Assembly (NCBI RefSeq): GCF_001457595.1
Contig: NZ_LN831039.1
Span: 6,780,001 to 6,812,000 of the forward strand
Direction: 5' to 3'
Length of the DNA: 32,000 nt
Source: Mycolicibacterium smegmatis
Lineage (GTDB): Bacteria; Actinomycetota; Actinomycetes; Mycobacteriales; Mycobacteriaceae
Numbering within the stretch: position 1 is the first letter of the stretch; each line of letters starts with the position of its first letter. The notes under the pieces are model-generated. The model searched no databases, was not told the origin of the DNA, and saw only the letters and a program-made list of their open reading frames with translations. Below are positions 14,978 through 24,806 of the stretch, in pieces. The translations under genes were made by a program, and so were the position numbers.

Positions 14978-15901
14978 ATGGGTTTCGACGAACACGTCAA
15001 CTATCTGATCATCGGGGCCGGTGAGCTCGGGGCTGCCGTCATCGACGCGCTGTCTTCACGCATCCGCGACACGGGCCGCCACGACACGGTCACGGTGCTG
15101 CTGCGGCGTTCGGCCGCTCCGGACCGTGGCCGCCAGGTCGCCCAGTTCGCGACCAAGAACGTTGCCGTCGAATATGCCGATGTCACAAGCGCATCGGTGG
15201 CCGAACTCGCGACGATCTTCAGCCGGTATGACACGGTGGTCAGCTGCATCGGTTTCGCCGCGGGGCCGGGGACCCAGCGCAAGCTCGCGCGGGCCGCAAT
15301 CGAGGCTGGTGTCGCACGATTTCTGCCGTGGCAGTTCGGTGTCGACTACGACCTCATCGGCCGTGGCAGCCCGCAGAACCTGTTCGACGAGCAACTCGAC
15401 GTACGGGATCTGTTGCGGGGCCAGGACAAAACGCACTGGATCATCGTCTCGACCGGGATGTTCACCAGCTTCCTGTTCGAACCCGCGTTCGGCGTGGTCG
15501 ATCTGCCGTCGAACACCGTTCACGCGCTTGGTGACTGGGATACCGAGGTCACCCTCACCACACCCGAGGACATCGGGCGGCTCACCACCGAGATCCTCTA
15601 CGCCGAGCCGCGCATCGACGATCAGGTCGTCCACGTCGCCGGGGACACCATCAGCTACGGACAGCTCGCCGACATCGTCGATGACGTGCTGCACACCGAA
15701 GTACAGCGGATCCCCTGGAGCACAGAGCATCTGCGCACCGAACTCGCGGCCGACCCCGACGACACGATGAAGAAATACCGCGCGGTGTTCGCACAGGGCG
15801 TCGGCGTGGCATGGCCGGTGTCGCGGACATTCAATGCCGCCAGGGGAATCAAGACGACGACGGCTCGTGAGTGGGCCGAAGCGAACCTGACGCGACCCTG
15901 A
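14978..15901 (+). CDS. NmrA/isoflavone-reductase-like NAD(P)-binding protein
   Basis: N-terminal IIGAGELGAAV Rossmann-like motif. Length and overall pattern (FLPWQFGVDYD, IVSTGMF) are typical of aromatic alcohol / PCBER-type reductases. Confidence 0.6.
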   Translation: MGFDEHVNYLIIGAGELGAAVIDALSSRIRDTGRHDTVTVLLRRSAAPDRGRQVAQFATKNVAVEYADVTSASVAELATIFSRYDTVVSCIGFAAGPGTQRKLARAAIEAGVARFLPWQFGVDYDLIGRGSPQNLFDEQLDVRDLLRGQDKTHWIIVSTGMFTSFLFEPAFGVVDLPSNTVHALGDWDTEVTLTTPEDIGRLTTEILYAEPRIDDQVVHVAGDTISYGQLADIVDDVLHTEVQRIPWSTEHLRTELAADPDDTMKKYRAVFAQGVGVAWPVSRTFNAARGIKTTTAREWAEANLTRP

Positions 15902-15925
15902 CAGGTCAGTTCCCCCGCGGGCCTC

Positions 15926-17443
15926 TCACACGGTTTCGCGGCGTCCGTCGCCCCAACTGATCGCCAATTGCACCGCGCGGTGCCAGTCGTCGAGTTCACG
16001 TTGGCGGCGGGTCGGGTCCATGCTGGGCCGCCACTCGGCCGCGCGGCGCCAGTTGGACCGCAGCACCGCGCGGTCGGGCCAGTAGCCCGCCGCCAGACCG
16101 GCTGCGTAAGCCGCTCCGAGAGCGACGGTTTCGGCCATCATGGGCCGCACGACGGGCGCGTCGAGAATGTCGGCGACAAGTTGCATGAGCAGGTTGTCGG
16201 CCGTCATACCGCCGTCGACGTGCAGTGAGCGCACGGCGATGTCGGAGTCGTCTTTCATCGCGTCGATGACGTCGCGGATCTGCCATGCGGTGGCTTCCAG
16301 CACCGCTCTGGCGATGTGCCCCTTGGTGACATAGGAGGTCAACCCGACCACCAGACCGCGCGCCTCGGTGGCCCAGTACGGCGAGTACAGGCCCGAGAAG
16401 GCCGGCACGATGTAGCAGCCGCCGTTGTCCTCGACTGTGCGCGCGAGCGTTTCGATCTCGGCCGGTGTCTTCACCAGGCCGAGGTTGTCGCGCGACCACG
16501 CGACCAGCGCACCGGCCACGGCAACCGATCCCTCCAGCGCGTACACCGCGGGCTCACCGTCGAACTTGCGGGCGACGGTGGTGAGCAGCCCACGCTGCGA
16601 CCGCACGATGTCCTTGCCGGTGTTGAGCAGGACGAAGCTTCCGGTGCCGAACGTGCACTTTGCCTCGCCGGCCTCGAATGCCGTCTGGCCGAACAGGGAT
16701 GCCTGCTGATCACCGATGACCGCGGTGATCGGGATGCCCGCGATGGGGTCGACGGTCGACGGGAACGGCCCGTTGGTGGGCCGGATCTCGGGCATCATGC
16801 GTCGCGGTACGTGCATGCCCGCGAGCAGTTCGTCGTCCCAGTCGAGGGTCTCCAGGTTCATCAGCATGGTGCGGCTGGCGTTGGTGACGTCGGTGGCGTG
16901 CACGCCGCCGTCGGTGCCGCCGGTGAGGTTCCACAGCAACCACGAATCGACGGTGCCGAACAGCAGATCCCCGCTCTCGGCGCGGGCGCGCAGGTCACGA
17001 TCGTTGTCCAACAGCCAACGCAGCTTCGGTCCGGAGAAGTACGTCGCGAGCGGCAGACCGCAACGCGCGAGCAAAGTCTCGTCGTCGAGTTCGGCCGCGA
17101 TGGCCGGCAGCAGACCCGCGGTCCGGTTGTCCTGCCACACGATCGCGCGGTGCGCGGGCTTGCCGGTGTGGCGGTCCCACACGACGGCGGTCTCGCGCTG
17201 GTTGGTGATGCCGAGCGCCATGATCTGGCGCGGTTCGACGTCGGCGTCGGCGAGGGCCTGCGGGATGATCCGGCGCACGATCTCCCAGATCTCGGTCGGG
17301 TCGTGCTCGACCCAGCCCGGCCGCGGGTAGTACTGGCGGTGTTCGCGCTGCGCGACCGAGACCAGCCTGCCGTGGTGGTCGTAGACGATGCAGCGGGTGG
17401 AGGTCGTTCCCTGGTCGAGCGCGGCGATGTAGCGCTCGGTCAC
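15926..17443 (-). CDS. glpK: glycerol kinase (paralog 1), co-transcribed with gylR
   Basis: FGGY kinase hallmarks ([30 protein letters not shown]). The GTG start overlaps the gylR stop (GTGA, 17440-17443). Confidence 0.9.
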   Translation of the reverse strand: MTERYIAALDQGTTSTRCIVYDHHGRLVSVAQREHRQYYPRPGWVEHDPTEIWEIVRRIIPQALADADVEPRQIMALGITNQRETAVVWDRHTGKPAHRAIVWQDNRTAGLLPAIAAELDDETLLARCGLPLATYFSGPKLRWLLDNDRDLRARAESGDLLFGTVDSWLLWNLTGGTDGGVHATDVTNASRTMLMNLETLDWDDELLAGMHVPRRMMPEIRPTNGPFPSTVDPIAGIPITAVIGDQQASLFGQTAFEAGEAKCTFGTGSFVLLNTGKDIVRSQRGLLTTVARKFDGEPAVYALEGSVAVAGALVAWSRDNLGLVKTPAEIETLARTVEDNGGCYIVPAFSGLYSPYWATEARGLVVGLTSYVTKGHIARAVLEATAWQIRDVIDAMKDDSDIAVRSLHVDGGMTADNLLMQLVADILDAPVVRPMMAETVALGAAYAAGLAAGYWPDRAVLRSNWRRAAEWRPSMDPTRRQRELDDWHRAVQLAISWGDGRRETV

Positions 17444-18216
17444 AGTTCCCGCCCGTGGCCGAACTCGCGCGACACCGAGCGGCCCGCGCGCACCACGAGT
17501 TCGGCGAGCCGTTCCAAGGGACGTGCCCGGTGGTCACACAGCCGCTCCACGTCACCGCTGATGCCGATGCTGGCCACCACGTAGCCGCCGCGGTCGCGGA
17601 CGGGCGCGGCGATGCTCGCGACGCCGGGCTGTTCCTCCTCGACCGACGCGGCCCAGCCGCGGTCGCGCGTGTCGGCCAGTTCGTGTTGCAACTGGGCACG
17701 ATTGGTGATGGTCCGGTACGTCAGGCTGTCGAGGGCGCCCAGGCTGCGCGCCGCGCCAGGATCGAACGCGAGCAGCACCTTGCCGAGCGCGCTGGCGTGC
17801 AACGGCACGGTCGCGCCGACCTCCAGCACCTGCGCGGTGGCGTCGGCCCGGAACACGTGGTGGGCCACCACCGCCCGGCCGGCGCGGAACGCCGCGACGC
17901 GCACGGCCTCCCCGGTGCGGGCGGCCAGCGCGTCGGCCCAGTTCAGCGCGCGCGCCTTGAGTTCGTTGAGATCCAGTTGGGTCGAACCGAGGTGGAACAG
18001 ATCGGGGCCCAGTCGATACCGCCCGGACGCATCCTGTTCGACGAAGCCGACACCGTGCAGGGTGCGCAACAACCCGTGCGCGGTGCCTTTCGCCAAACCG
18101 AGTGCACCCGCGATCTGCACGAGCCCGAGGGACTCGTCTTCGATCCCGAGTAGCTGCAGTATCGCCGCGGCCCGTTCCACGGACTGCACAGTGCCTGGCA
18201 CAAGTTTCAGGATCAC
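17440..18216 (-). CDS. gylR: IclR-family transcriptional regulator of glycerol catabolism (GylR-type)
   Basis: The IclR HTH (VQSVERAAAILQLLGIEDESLGLVQIAGALGLAKGTAHGLLRTL) and effector domain are present. It is positioned like gylR next to glpFKD. GTG starts are possible at 18216 or 18201. The ORF extension to 18399 would run over the glpF promoter and start and was rejected. Confidence 0.8.
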   Translation of the reverse strand: MILKLVPGTVQSVERAAAILQLLGIEDESLGLVQIAGALGLAKGTAHGLLRTLHGVGFVEQDASGRYRLGPDLFHLGSTQLDLNELKARALNWADALAARTGEAVRVAAFRAGRAVVAHHVFRADATAQVLEVGATVPLHASALGKVLLAFDPGAARSLGALDSLTYRTITNRAQLQHELADTRDRGWAASVEEEQPGVASIAAPVRDRGGYVVASIGISGDVERLCDHRARPLERLAELVVRAGRSVSREFGHGREL

Positions 18217-18222
18217 CAAATC

Positions 18223-18286
18223 GTTCGACCATGTCGACCCCGAGGGTCGGCATTGTCGACCGGGGCCGTGTTCGGCGATGCCGAAC
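18223..18286. promoter_or_regulatory. Three 7-3-7 inverted repeats, candidate GylR operators
   Basis: GTTCGAC-CAT-GTCGACC (18223-18239), GGTCGGC-ATT-GTCGACC (18245-18261) and GTTCGGC-GAT-GCCGAAC (18270-18286, perfect). All three fit GKTCGRC-N3-GYCGAMC, which is the GylR consensus for M. smegmatis as I recall it. They lie between gylR and glpF. Confidence 0.7.
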
Positions 18287-18339
18287 GACGGGTGATGCCC
18301 GGCCGACCTCTGGCTTCTAGGTTCACAACGCACGCCTCG

Positions 18340-18355
18340 TGTGACGCACAACACA
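18340..18355. promoter_or_regulatory. CRP-like site TGTGA-N6-ACACA downstream of a candidate -10 (TAGGTT, 18318-18323) of glpF
   Basis: 9/10 match to TGTGA-N6-TCACA, located 29 nt upstream of the glpF ATG. Confidence 0.35.
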
Positions 18356-18383
18356 TGCGGTTCGAAGAGCCAAGGAGACCAAC

Positions 18384-19205
18384 ATGTCACGACGAACACT
18401 CGTCGGAGAACTCTGCGCCGAGTTCGCCGGCACCCTCATCCTCATCCTGTTCGGGGTGGGCGTGGTCGCTCAGGTGGTCACCGGCGACGGGTCACTCGGC
18501 GACCACGACTCGATCTCGTGGGGTTGGGGTCTGGGCGTGATCCTCGGCGTCTACACCGCCGCGCGGATCAGCGGTGCACACCTCAACCCGGCCGTCACCC
18601 TCGCGATGGCGGTGTTCCGGGACTTCCCGTGGCGCAAGGTGCTTCCGTTCAGCATCGCTCAGCTACTCGGCGCCTTCGCGGCCGCGCTGATCGTGCGCGT
18701 CACCTACAGCGAAGCCATCGCCAACGTCGATCCGGATCACACGATCGCCACGCAGGGCATCTTCTCGACACTTCCCGGCAACGGTGCGCTCCCCATCAGC
18801 CAGGGCACCGCACTGCTCGATCAGATCGTCGGCACCGCGATCCTGCTGTTCCTCGTGATGGCGCTGACCGACGCGCGCAACCACGGTCCGTGGACGCGGC
18901 TCGCGCCGGTGATCATCGGTCTCGTCGTCGTCGGGATCGGCATGGCGTGGGGCACCAACGCCGGGTACGCGATCAACCCGGCGCGCGACCTCGGGCCGCG
19001 CCTGGCGTCCTACATCACCGGGTACAGCACGGCGTTCCATGACCAGACCGGGTTGCTGTACTTCTGGGTGCCCATCGTCGGGCCGCTGATCGGCGCGCTC
19101 GTCGGCGCCGCGGCCTACCGCTACCTGATCGAACGGTTCCTGCCCGCCGACCCACCCATGCTCGACGACGAAACCTCCCGTACCGCAGCCGCATCCGCGG
19201 TCTGA
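18384..19205 (+). CDS. glpF: glycerol uptake facilitator (MIP/aquaglyceroporin)
   Basis: Two NPA boxes ([19 protein letters not shown]) and six hydrophobic segments. AAGGAG RBS at 18372-18377. Confidence 0.9.
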   Translation: MSRRTLVGELCAEFAGTLILILFGVGVVAQVVTGDGSLGDHDSISWGWGLGVILGVYTAARISGAHLNPAVTLAMAVFRDFPWRKVLPFSIAQLLGAFAAALIVRVTYSEAIANVDPDHTIATQGIFSTLPGNGALPISQGTALLDQIVGTAILLFLVMALTDARNHGPWTRLAPVIIGLVVVGIGMAWGTNAGYAINPARDLGPRLASYITGYSTAFHDQTGLLYFWVPIVGPLIGALVGAAAYRYLIERFLPADPPMLDDETSRTAAASAV

Positions 19206-19231
19206 TCTCCCCTCTCCCGAAAGGACTTCCC

Positions 19232-20746
19232 ATGGCTGACTTCGTCGGTGCCATCGACCAGGGCACCACGTCGACCCGTTTCATGATCTTCGACCACGCC
19301 GGCAACGAGGTGGCCCGCCACCAGCTGGAGCACGAACAGATCCTGCCGCGTCCGGGCTGGGTCGAGCACAACCCGGTGGAGATCTGGGAACGGTCGAGTT
19401 CTGCGGTGCAGAGCGCGCTCAACGCCGCCAAGCTGCAACCGAGCGACCTTGCCGCACTTGGTGTCACGAACCAGCGCGAGACCACCGTGGTGTGGAACCG
19501 GCGCACCGGGCGGCCCTACTACAACGCGATCGTGTGGCAGGACACCCGCACCGACTCGATCGCGGCCGCCCTCGACCGCGACGGCCGCGGCGATGTGATC
19601 CGCGAGAAGGCGGGTCTGCCGCCCGCGACGTACTTCGCGGGCGGCAAGATCCAGTGGATCCTGGAGAACGTGCCGGGCGTCCGCGAGGACGCCGAGATGG
19701 GCGACGCACTGTTCGGCACCACTGACTCGTGGCTGCTGTGGAATCTGACCGGTGGCACGTCCGGAGGTGTGCACGTCACCGACGTGACCAACGCGAGCCG
19801 CACCATGCTGATGGATCTGGAGACCCTCGACTGGGACGACGAACTGCTCGGCTTCTTCGGTGTCCCCCGCTCGATGCTCCCGCAGATCCGGCCGTCGTCG
19901 GATCCGGCCGGATACGGCACCACGACCAGTTCCCGTCCGTACGGCGGGATTCCGCTCACCGGCGACCTGGGTGACCAGCAGGCGGCCATGTTCGGTCAGG
20001 TCTGCTTCGCGCCGGGCGAGGCCAAGAACACCTACGGCACCGGCAACTTCCTGCTGCTCAACACCGGCACCACCCCGGTGCGCAGCAAGAACGGTCTGCT
20101 CACCACGGTGTGCTACCGGCTGGGTGACGACGCACCGGTGTACGCGCTGGAGGGGTCGATCGCGGTGACGGGTTCGGCCGTGCAGTGGCTGCGCGACCAG
20201 ATGCACGTCATCGACTCCGCGGCCGAGAGCGAATCCCTCGCACGCCTGGTGGACGACAACGGCGGTGTGTACTTCGTACCCGCCTTCTCCGGGCTGTTCG
20301 CGCCGTACTGGCGCAGCGATGCGCGCGGCGCGATCGTCGGACTGAGCCGCTACAACACCAACGCGCACCTGGCGCGCGCGACGCTGGAGTCGATCTGCTA
20401 CCAGAGCCGCGACGTCGCCGAGGCCATGGAGGCCGATTCCGGTGTGCACCTCGATGTTCTGAAGGTCGACGGCGGGGTCACGGTCAACGACCTGTGCATG
20501 CAGATGCAGGCCGACATCCTCGGTGTCCCGGTGAGCAGGCCCGTGGTCGCCGAGACCACCGCGCTCGGCGCCGCCTACGCCGCGGGCCTGGCGGTCGGCT
20601 TCTGGCGCAACACCGACGAACTGCGCGAGAACTGGAACGAGTCGCACCGCTGGGACCCGCAGTGGACCGAGGAGCAGCGCACCACCGGGTACACCGGCTG
20701 GCGCAAAGCCGTTGAGCGCACACTTGATTGGGTGGACGTCCAGTGA
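19232..20746 (+). CDS. glpK: glycerol kinase (paralog 2), in the glpFKD operon
   Basis: FGGY kinase hallmarks ([30 protein letters not shown]). By eye it is roughly 55-60 percent identical to paralog 1. Confidence 0.9.
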   Translation: MADFVGAIDQGTTSTRFMIFDHAGNEVARHQLEHEQILPRPGWVEHNPVEIWERSSSAVQSALNAAKLQPSDLAALGVTNQRETTVVWNRRTGRPYYNAIVWQDTRTDSIAAALDRDGRGDVIREKAGLPPATYFAGGKIQWILENVPGVREDAEMGDALFGTTDSWLLWNLTGGTSGGVHVTDVTNASRTMLMDLETLDWDDELLGFFGVPRSMLPQIRPSSDPAGYGTTTSSRPYGGIPLTGDLGDQQAAMFGQVCFAPGEAKNTYGTGNFLLLNTGTTPVRSKNGLLTTVCYRLGDDAPVYALEGSIAVTGSAVQWLRDQMHVIDSAAESESLARLVDDNGGVYFVPAFSGLFAPYWRSDARGAIVGLSRYNTNAHLARATLESICYQSRDVAEAMEADSGVHLDVLKVDGGVTVNDLCMQMQADILGVPVSRPVVAETTALGAAYAAGLAVGFWRNTDELRENWNESHRWDPQWTEEQRTTGYTGWRKAVERTLDWVDVQ

Positions 20747-22449
20747 CCGTGGGTGCTTATCCGCTGAGTCCGGCTCGTCGCGCCGCGGCACTCGACCGGC
20801 TCGCGAGTGACGAGTTCGACGTCCTCGTCGTCGGTGGCGGCGTGGTGGGCGCGGGCGCCGCGCTCGACGCCGCCACGCGCGGGCTGCGGGTCGGACTGGT
20901 CGAGGCACGTGACTACGCGTCGGGCACGTCGAGCCGGTCGAGCAAGCTCTTCCACGGCGGGCTGCGCTATCTCGAGCAGTTCAACTTCTCGCTGGTGTTC
21001 GAGGCACTGCGTGAACGCTCGCTGGTGCTCAACACGCTGTGCCCGCACCTGGCCCGGCCCGTGCCGTTCATCTACCCGCTGCAGACGCGGTTCGACCGCG
21101 CCTACGCGGGTCTGGGTATCGGTGTCTACGACGTCATGGGCGCGGGACGCGGTGTGCCCGGCCACCACGAACATCTGGGCCGTGCAAGGACACTCGAATC
21201 GTTCCCGTCGGGCAGTCCGGCGATCCGCGGCGCGATCCGGTTCTACGAGGGGCAGGTGGACGACGCCCGCCACACCATGATGCTCGTGCGCACGGCCGCA
21301 CACTTCGGCGCGGCGTGCGCGAACAGCACCCGGGTGACGGGTTTCGTACGCGACGGCGAGCGCGTGGCCGGCGTCCGGGTACGCGATCTGGACGGCGGAC
21401 GTGAATTCGAGGTCCGCGCAAAGCAGGTCATCAACGCGACCGGGGTGTGGACGGACGAGACGCAGGGCATGGCCGGTGGTCAGGGCCAGTTCCGCGTGCG
21501 GGCGTCCAAAGGGGTGCACCTCGTGGTGCCCCGCAGCCGGATCAACGCGTCGACCGGCATCATCACGCGCACCGAGAAGAGCCTGCTGTTCGTGATCCCG
21601 TGGGGCAGCCACTGGATCGTCGGGACCACCGACACCGACTGGTCACTCGACCTGGCGCACCCCGCGGCGAGCCGCGCCGACATCGAGTACCTGCTCGGGC
21701 ACGTCAACACGCTGCTCGCCGATCCGCTCACCGCGGACGACGTGGTCGGCGTGTACGCGGGGTTGCGCCCGCTGCTGGCCGGGGAGTCCGACTCCACGAG
21801 CAAGCTCTCGCGCGAACATGCGGTCGCCTCCCCTGTTCCCGGCCTCACGGTCATCGCAGGCGGCAAGTACACCACCTACCGCGTGATGGCAAAGGATGCC
21901 GTCGATCTCGCGGTCAGGGGTCTCGGTCGTGCCGTGCCGTCCTCGTGCACCGAGCGCGTGCCACTGCTCGGCGCGGACGGTTACCCGGCCGCGTGGAACG
22001 CGCGCCGTCGCACCGCCGAGGACACCGGTCTGGCGGTGACGACGGTCGCGCATCTGCTGGGGCGTTACGGCACCCTGACCGACGAGTTGCTCGAAATCAT
22101 CGCGCATCGACCCGATCTCGGTGTTCCCTTGGCGGGCGCTCCGGAGTATCTCAAGGTGGAGGCGTACTACGCGGCGAGCCACGAGGGGGCGCGGCACCTG
22201 GAGGACGTGCTGACCCGCCGTACCCGGATCTCGATCGAGGTGGCCGACCGCGGAGTCGCCGCCGCGCGGGAGGTCGCCGACCTGATCGCACCGGTGCTCG
22301 GGTGGAGTCAGACCGACATCGCCCGGGAGATCGAGCATTACGACGCCCGCGTGGCCGCCGAGCGGGAATCCCAGCACCAGCTCGATGATTACACCGCGGA
22401 CGCCGCACGCCTCGGCGCGCCCGACGTGCGGGTGGGCGTCACGCAGTGA
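20743..22449 (+). CDS. glpD: FAD-dependent glycerol-3-phosphate dehydrogenase
   Basis: [25 protein letters not shown] fold and [17 protein letters not shown] motif. The GTG at 20743 overlaps the glpK stop (GTGA); TTG 20728 and GTG 20749 are alternatives. Confidence 0.9.
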   Translation: MTVGAYPLSPARRAAALDRLASDEFDVLVVGGGVVGAGAALDAATRGLRVGLVEARDYASGTSSRSSKLFHGGLRYLEQFNFSLVFEALRERSLVLNTLCPHLARPVPFIYPLQTRFDRAYAGLGIGVYDVMGAGRGVPGHHEHLGRARTLESFPSGSPAIRGAIRFYEGQVDDARHTMMLVRTAAHFGAACANSTRVTGFVRDGERVAGVRVRDLDGGREFEVRAKQVINATGVWTDETQGMAGGQGQFRVRASKGVHLVVPRSRINASTGIITRTEKSLLFVIPWGSHWIVGTTDTDWSLDLAHPAASRADIEYLLGHVNTLLADPLTADDVVGVYAGLRPLLAGESDSTSKLSREHAVASPVPGLTVIAGGKYTTYRVMAKDAVDLAVRGLGRAVPSSCTERVPLLGADGYPAAWNARRRTAEDTGLAVTTVAHLLGRYGTLTDELLEIIAHRPDLGVPLAGAPEYLKVEAYYAASHEGARHLEDVLTRRTRISIEVADRGVAAAREVADLIAPVLGWSQTDIAREIEHYDARVAAERESQHQLDDYTADAARLGAPDVRVGVTQ

Positions 22450-22924
22450 GCAGCGCGTCGATCTGGTTGATGGCCGACGACGCACCCTCGATCACGCCCA
22501 TGTCGAGCACCTGCTGCAACGCCTCGGCGGAGGCATATGTGCCCACATAGGTCGCACGTGTGCCGCCGTCGTGTTCGGTGAACGTATAGACGTTGGTCGA
22601 CACGGGCAGGTCGGTGTTGGGGTTGAAGTCCTCGTCAGCGAACCCGTCGAGGAACGAGAAGCTGTGCGGTTCATCGACTGCCGTGATCTCCCAGTAGCCG
22701 GCGTACTTCTCGCCGTCCGGGCCCGTCATGAAGTAGGTGACCCGGCCACCTGGCCGCAGGTCGTGATCGACAACGGTGGCCGGGTGGCTCGGCGGGCCCC
22801 AGACCTTTTCGAGCTGGCGCGGGTCGGCGTAGATCTGCCAGATACGCGTCACCGGCGCGGCGAACTCGGCCGTGATGGTCAGGGAGAGTGTGTCGAGGTC
22901 GTGCTTCACATCGGTCACGGGCAT
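22439..22924 (-). CDS. SRPBCC / AHSA1 (Aha1-like) domain protein
   Basis: Typical AHSA1-family pattern (ITAEFAAPVTRIWQIYADPRQLEKVWGPP...). The ATG is 1 nt after the ArsR stop. The 3' end overlaps the glpD 3' end by 11 nt (convergent). Confidence 0.75.
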   Translation of the reverse strand: MPVTDVKHDLDTLSLTITAEFAAPVTRIWQIYADPRQLEKVWGPPSHPATVVDHDLRPGGRVTYFMTGPDGEKYAGYWEITAVDEPHSFSFLDGFADEDFNPNTDLPVSTNVYTFTEHDGGTRATYVGTYASAEALQQVLDMGVIEGASSAINQIDALLTA

Positions 22925-22925
22925 G

Positions 22926-23282
22926 TCAGTCCTCCTTGAGCGGTTCGGATGAGATGAGTTGGTCGATACGCGCGATGCGGCCGCGCCAGATCTGTTCCAG
23001 CTCTGCGAGCATCTGGCTCACCGACCGCACTGTGGCGACGTCGCCGCTGGCGAGCTGCTCGCGACCACGGCGCCGTTTGGTGAGCAGGCCGGCTTTCTCC
23101 AGCACCGCCACATGCTTCTGCACCGCCGCGAAACTCACGTCGTACTTCGACGCGAGCGCAGAGACCGATTGCTCGCCGGCCAGGACGCGGCGCATGATGT
23201 CGCGCCTCGTGCGGTCGGCGAGCGCGTGGAAGAGCGCGTCGGCCCGGTCCTCGTCGATCACGGTCACCCACACAACGTACAA
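22926..23282 (-). CDS. ArsR/SmtB-family transcriptional regulator
   Basis: FHALADRTRRDIMRRVLAGEQSVSALASKYDVSFAAVQKHVAVLEKAGLL is the ArsR winged HTH. The TTG at 23282 is the ORF maximum. I favour GTG at 23267, which lies 6 nt after TACGTT and would be leaderless. Confidence 0.8.
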   Translation of the reverse strand: MYVVWVTVIDEDRADALFHALADRTRRDIMRRVLAGEQSVSALASKYDVSFAAVQKHVAVLEKAGLLTKRRRGREQLASGDVATVRSVSQMLAELEQIWRGRIARIDQLISSEPLKED

Positions 23283-23301
23283 CCATCTGGTTGTACGTTG
23301 T
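23272..23301. promoter_or_regulatory. Perfect 13-4-13 palindrome ACAACGTACAACC-ATCT-GGTTGTACGTTGT, candidate ArsR operator
   Basis: Verified base by base. On the minus strand it lies between TTGACA (+ coordinates 23299-23304) and TACGTT (+ coordinates 23274-23279), overlapping both hexamers, immediately upstream of the ArsR coding start. Confidence 0.65.
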
Positions 23302-24143
23302 CAAGCCTCTTGTGCGGATGACCCGACGAATTCCCGCAGCGCCCCGGCCATCACCTCGGGCTGATCCTCGGGGATGAGCGTCCAGGAATCGTCGACGATC
23401 ACCTTGGTGGCGTCGGGGAAGAGTTCGACGAGGCGGTCGGCGTGGTCCAGCGGCATCATGCGGTCCTCGCGTGCCCACACCACCAGCACCGGCCTGGTGA
23501 ACGTCCGCAACCGCTCGGACAGTTCGAGCAGGCGACGACGTGGCGGCGCGCCGGTGGCGAATTTGACGAGATCGCGTCGCACCGCGGCATTTTCGACGGC
23601 AGGCCGGAACCATTCGTCGAACAACCCGTCGGGCAGCCCCGCCTTGCTCAACGCGCCGTACGCCAGGCGGCTGTGCCGGAAGAACCTGGTGCCGAACATC
23701 TTGGTGAGCAACCGTCCACCGCCCGGAAGCCGGCACAGCGCCGCGGCCGGGCGCGCAGGTGCGGGTGGGTAGTTGTCGAACGCGGTGCACGATGCGAGGA
23801 CCAGGCGCCCGATCCGCGCGTCGCGGCCGTCGGTGATCAGGAACTGCCCGCCGCCCCAGTCGTTGAGCACCAGGGTGACGTCCTTCAGGTCGAGCGCATC
23901 GAGGAAGTCGGCGAGGATGCCCGCCACACCCTGTTCGGTCAGGTCGGCATCCGGCCTCATCGGCGCCGTGTGCGCACCCATCGGCAGTGTCGGTGTGATG
24001 CAGCGATATCCGGGCAGCAGCGGTATGACCTTGCGCCACTGCCTGCCATCCATGAGCAGACCGTGACCGAATACCAGGACCGGTCCGTCACCGCCGGTGT
24101 CCTCGTATGCGATGGGTCCCGACGGAAGCTCGATCACCGGCAT
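23301..24143 (-). CDS. alpha/beta hydrolase, Asp-nucleophile type (haloalkane dehalogenase/epoxide hydrolase-like)
   Basis: VLVFGHGLLMD oxyanion region and LVLNDWGGG nucleophile elbow. AGGAG RBS 5 nt upstream of the ATG at 24143. Confidence 0.75.
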   Translation of the reverse strand: MPVIELPSGPIAYEDTGGDGPVLVFGHGLLMDGRQWRKVIPLLPGYRCITPTLPMGAHTAPMRPDADLTEQGVAGILADFLDALDLKDVTLVLNDWGGGQFLITDGRDARIGRLVLASCTAFDNYPPAPARPAAALCRLPGGGRLLTKMFGTRFFRHSRLAYGALSKAGLPDGLFDEWFRPAVENAAVRRDLVKFATGAPPRRRLLELSERLRTFTRPVLVVWAREDRMMPLDHADRLVELFPDATKVIVDDSWTLIPEDQPEVMAGALREFVGSSAQEA

Positions 24144-24151
24144 GACGACTC

Positions 24152-24173
24152 CTAGATAGATCGTTCTATTCAG
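24152..24173. promoter_or_regulatory. Imperfect 22-bp palindrome (core ATAGA-TCGT-TCTAT), candidate TetR operator
   Basis: CTAGATAGATCGTTCTATTCAG pairs at 8 of 11 positions. It is AT-rich and lies between the divergent hydrolase and TetR genes. Confidence 0.4.
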
Positions 24174-24215
24174 TACAGGCTAGGATGATGTGCACGACCA
24201 TGCAAGGAGGCGAAG

Positions 24216-24797
24216 TTGGCAGAGTTGGGCACGCGGGAGCGGATCCTGCAGGCCACGGCGGAGCTGTACCGTCGCCAGGGCATGTCGGCCACCGGGCTGA
24301 AACAGATCTCGGGGGCGGCGAAGGCCCCGTTCGGTTCGATCTACCACCATTTTCCCGGGGGCAAGGAAGCCATCAGCGTCGAGGTCATCCGATCGGAGGG
24401 CATCCGCTACGGCGAATTCGTCGGTGCGCAACTGGCAGACACGGACCCGGCCACCGGCATCCCCCAGCTGTTCGAGAGCGCCGGCCGGCTCCTGCAGTCT
24501 CAGGACTACTCCGAGGCGTGCTCGATCGAAACCATCGCGCTGGAGGTGGCGAGCACCAATGAAGTGCTGCGGCAGGAGTCCGCGACGGTGTTCGAGAACT
24601 GGCTCGCCGGTCTCGCACGCTGGTTCGGCCAACTCGACGTCGACGAGGCAACCAGCAGGCGACTGGCGGTCATCACCCTGACGGCCCTGGAGGGCGCGTT
24701 CGTGCTGTGCCGCACATTGCGCTCCGTCGAGCCGATCATCGCGGCCGCGCAGGGGGTGCAGGCCGCCGTGACCGCCACACTCGCAGAGAAGAGGTAG
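24216..24797 (+). CDS. TetR/AcrR-family transcriptional regulator
   Basis: N-terminal HTH (RERILQATAELYRRQGMSATGLKQISGAAKAPFGSIYHHFPGGKEA). The TTG start is preceded by AGGAGG with a 5-nt spacer. Confidence 0.85.
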   Translation: MAELGTRERILQATAELYRRQGMSATGLKQISGAAKAPFGSIYHHFPGGKEAISVEVIRSEGIRYGEFVGAQLADTDPATGIPQLFESAGRLLQSQDYSEACSIETIALEVASTNEVLRQESATVFENWLAGLARWFGQLDVDEATSRRLAVITLTALEGAFVLCRTLRSVEPIIAAAQGVQAAVTATLAEKR

Positions 24798-24806
24798 CGA
24801 GCCCGA

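Noticed and set aside
15926-20746. An M. tuberculosis-like homopolymeric C/G tract in glpK that could give reversible frameshift phase variation.
   Set aside because: The longest homopolymer I could find inside either glpK copy is 5 nt, and both reading frames are intact.
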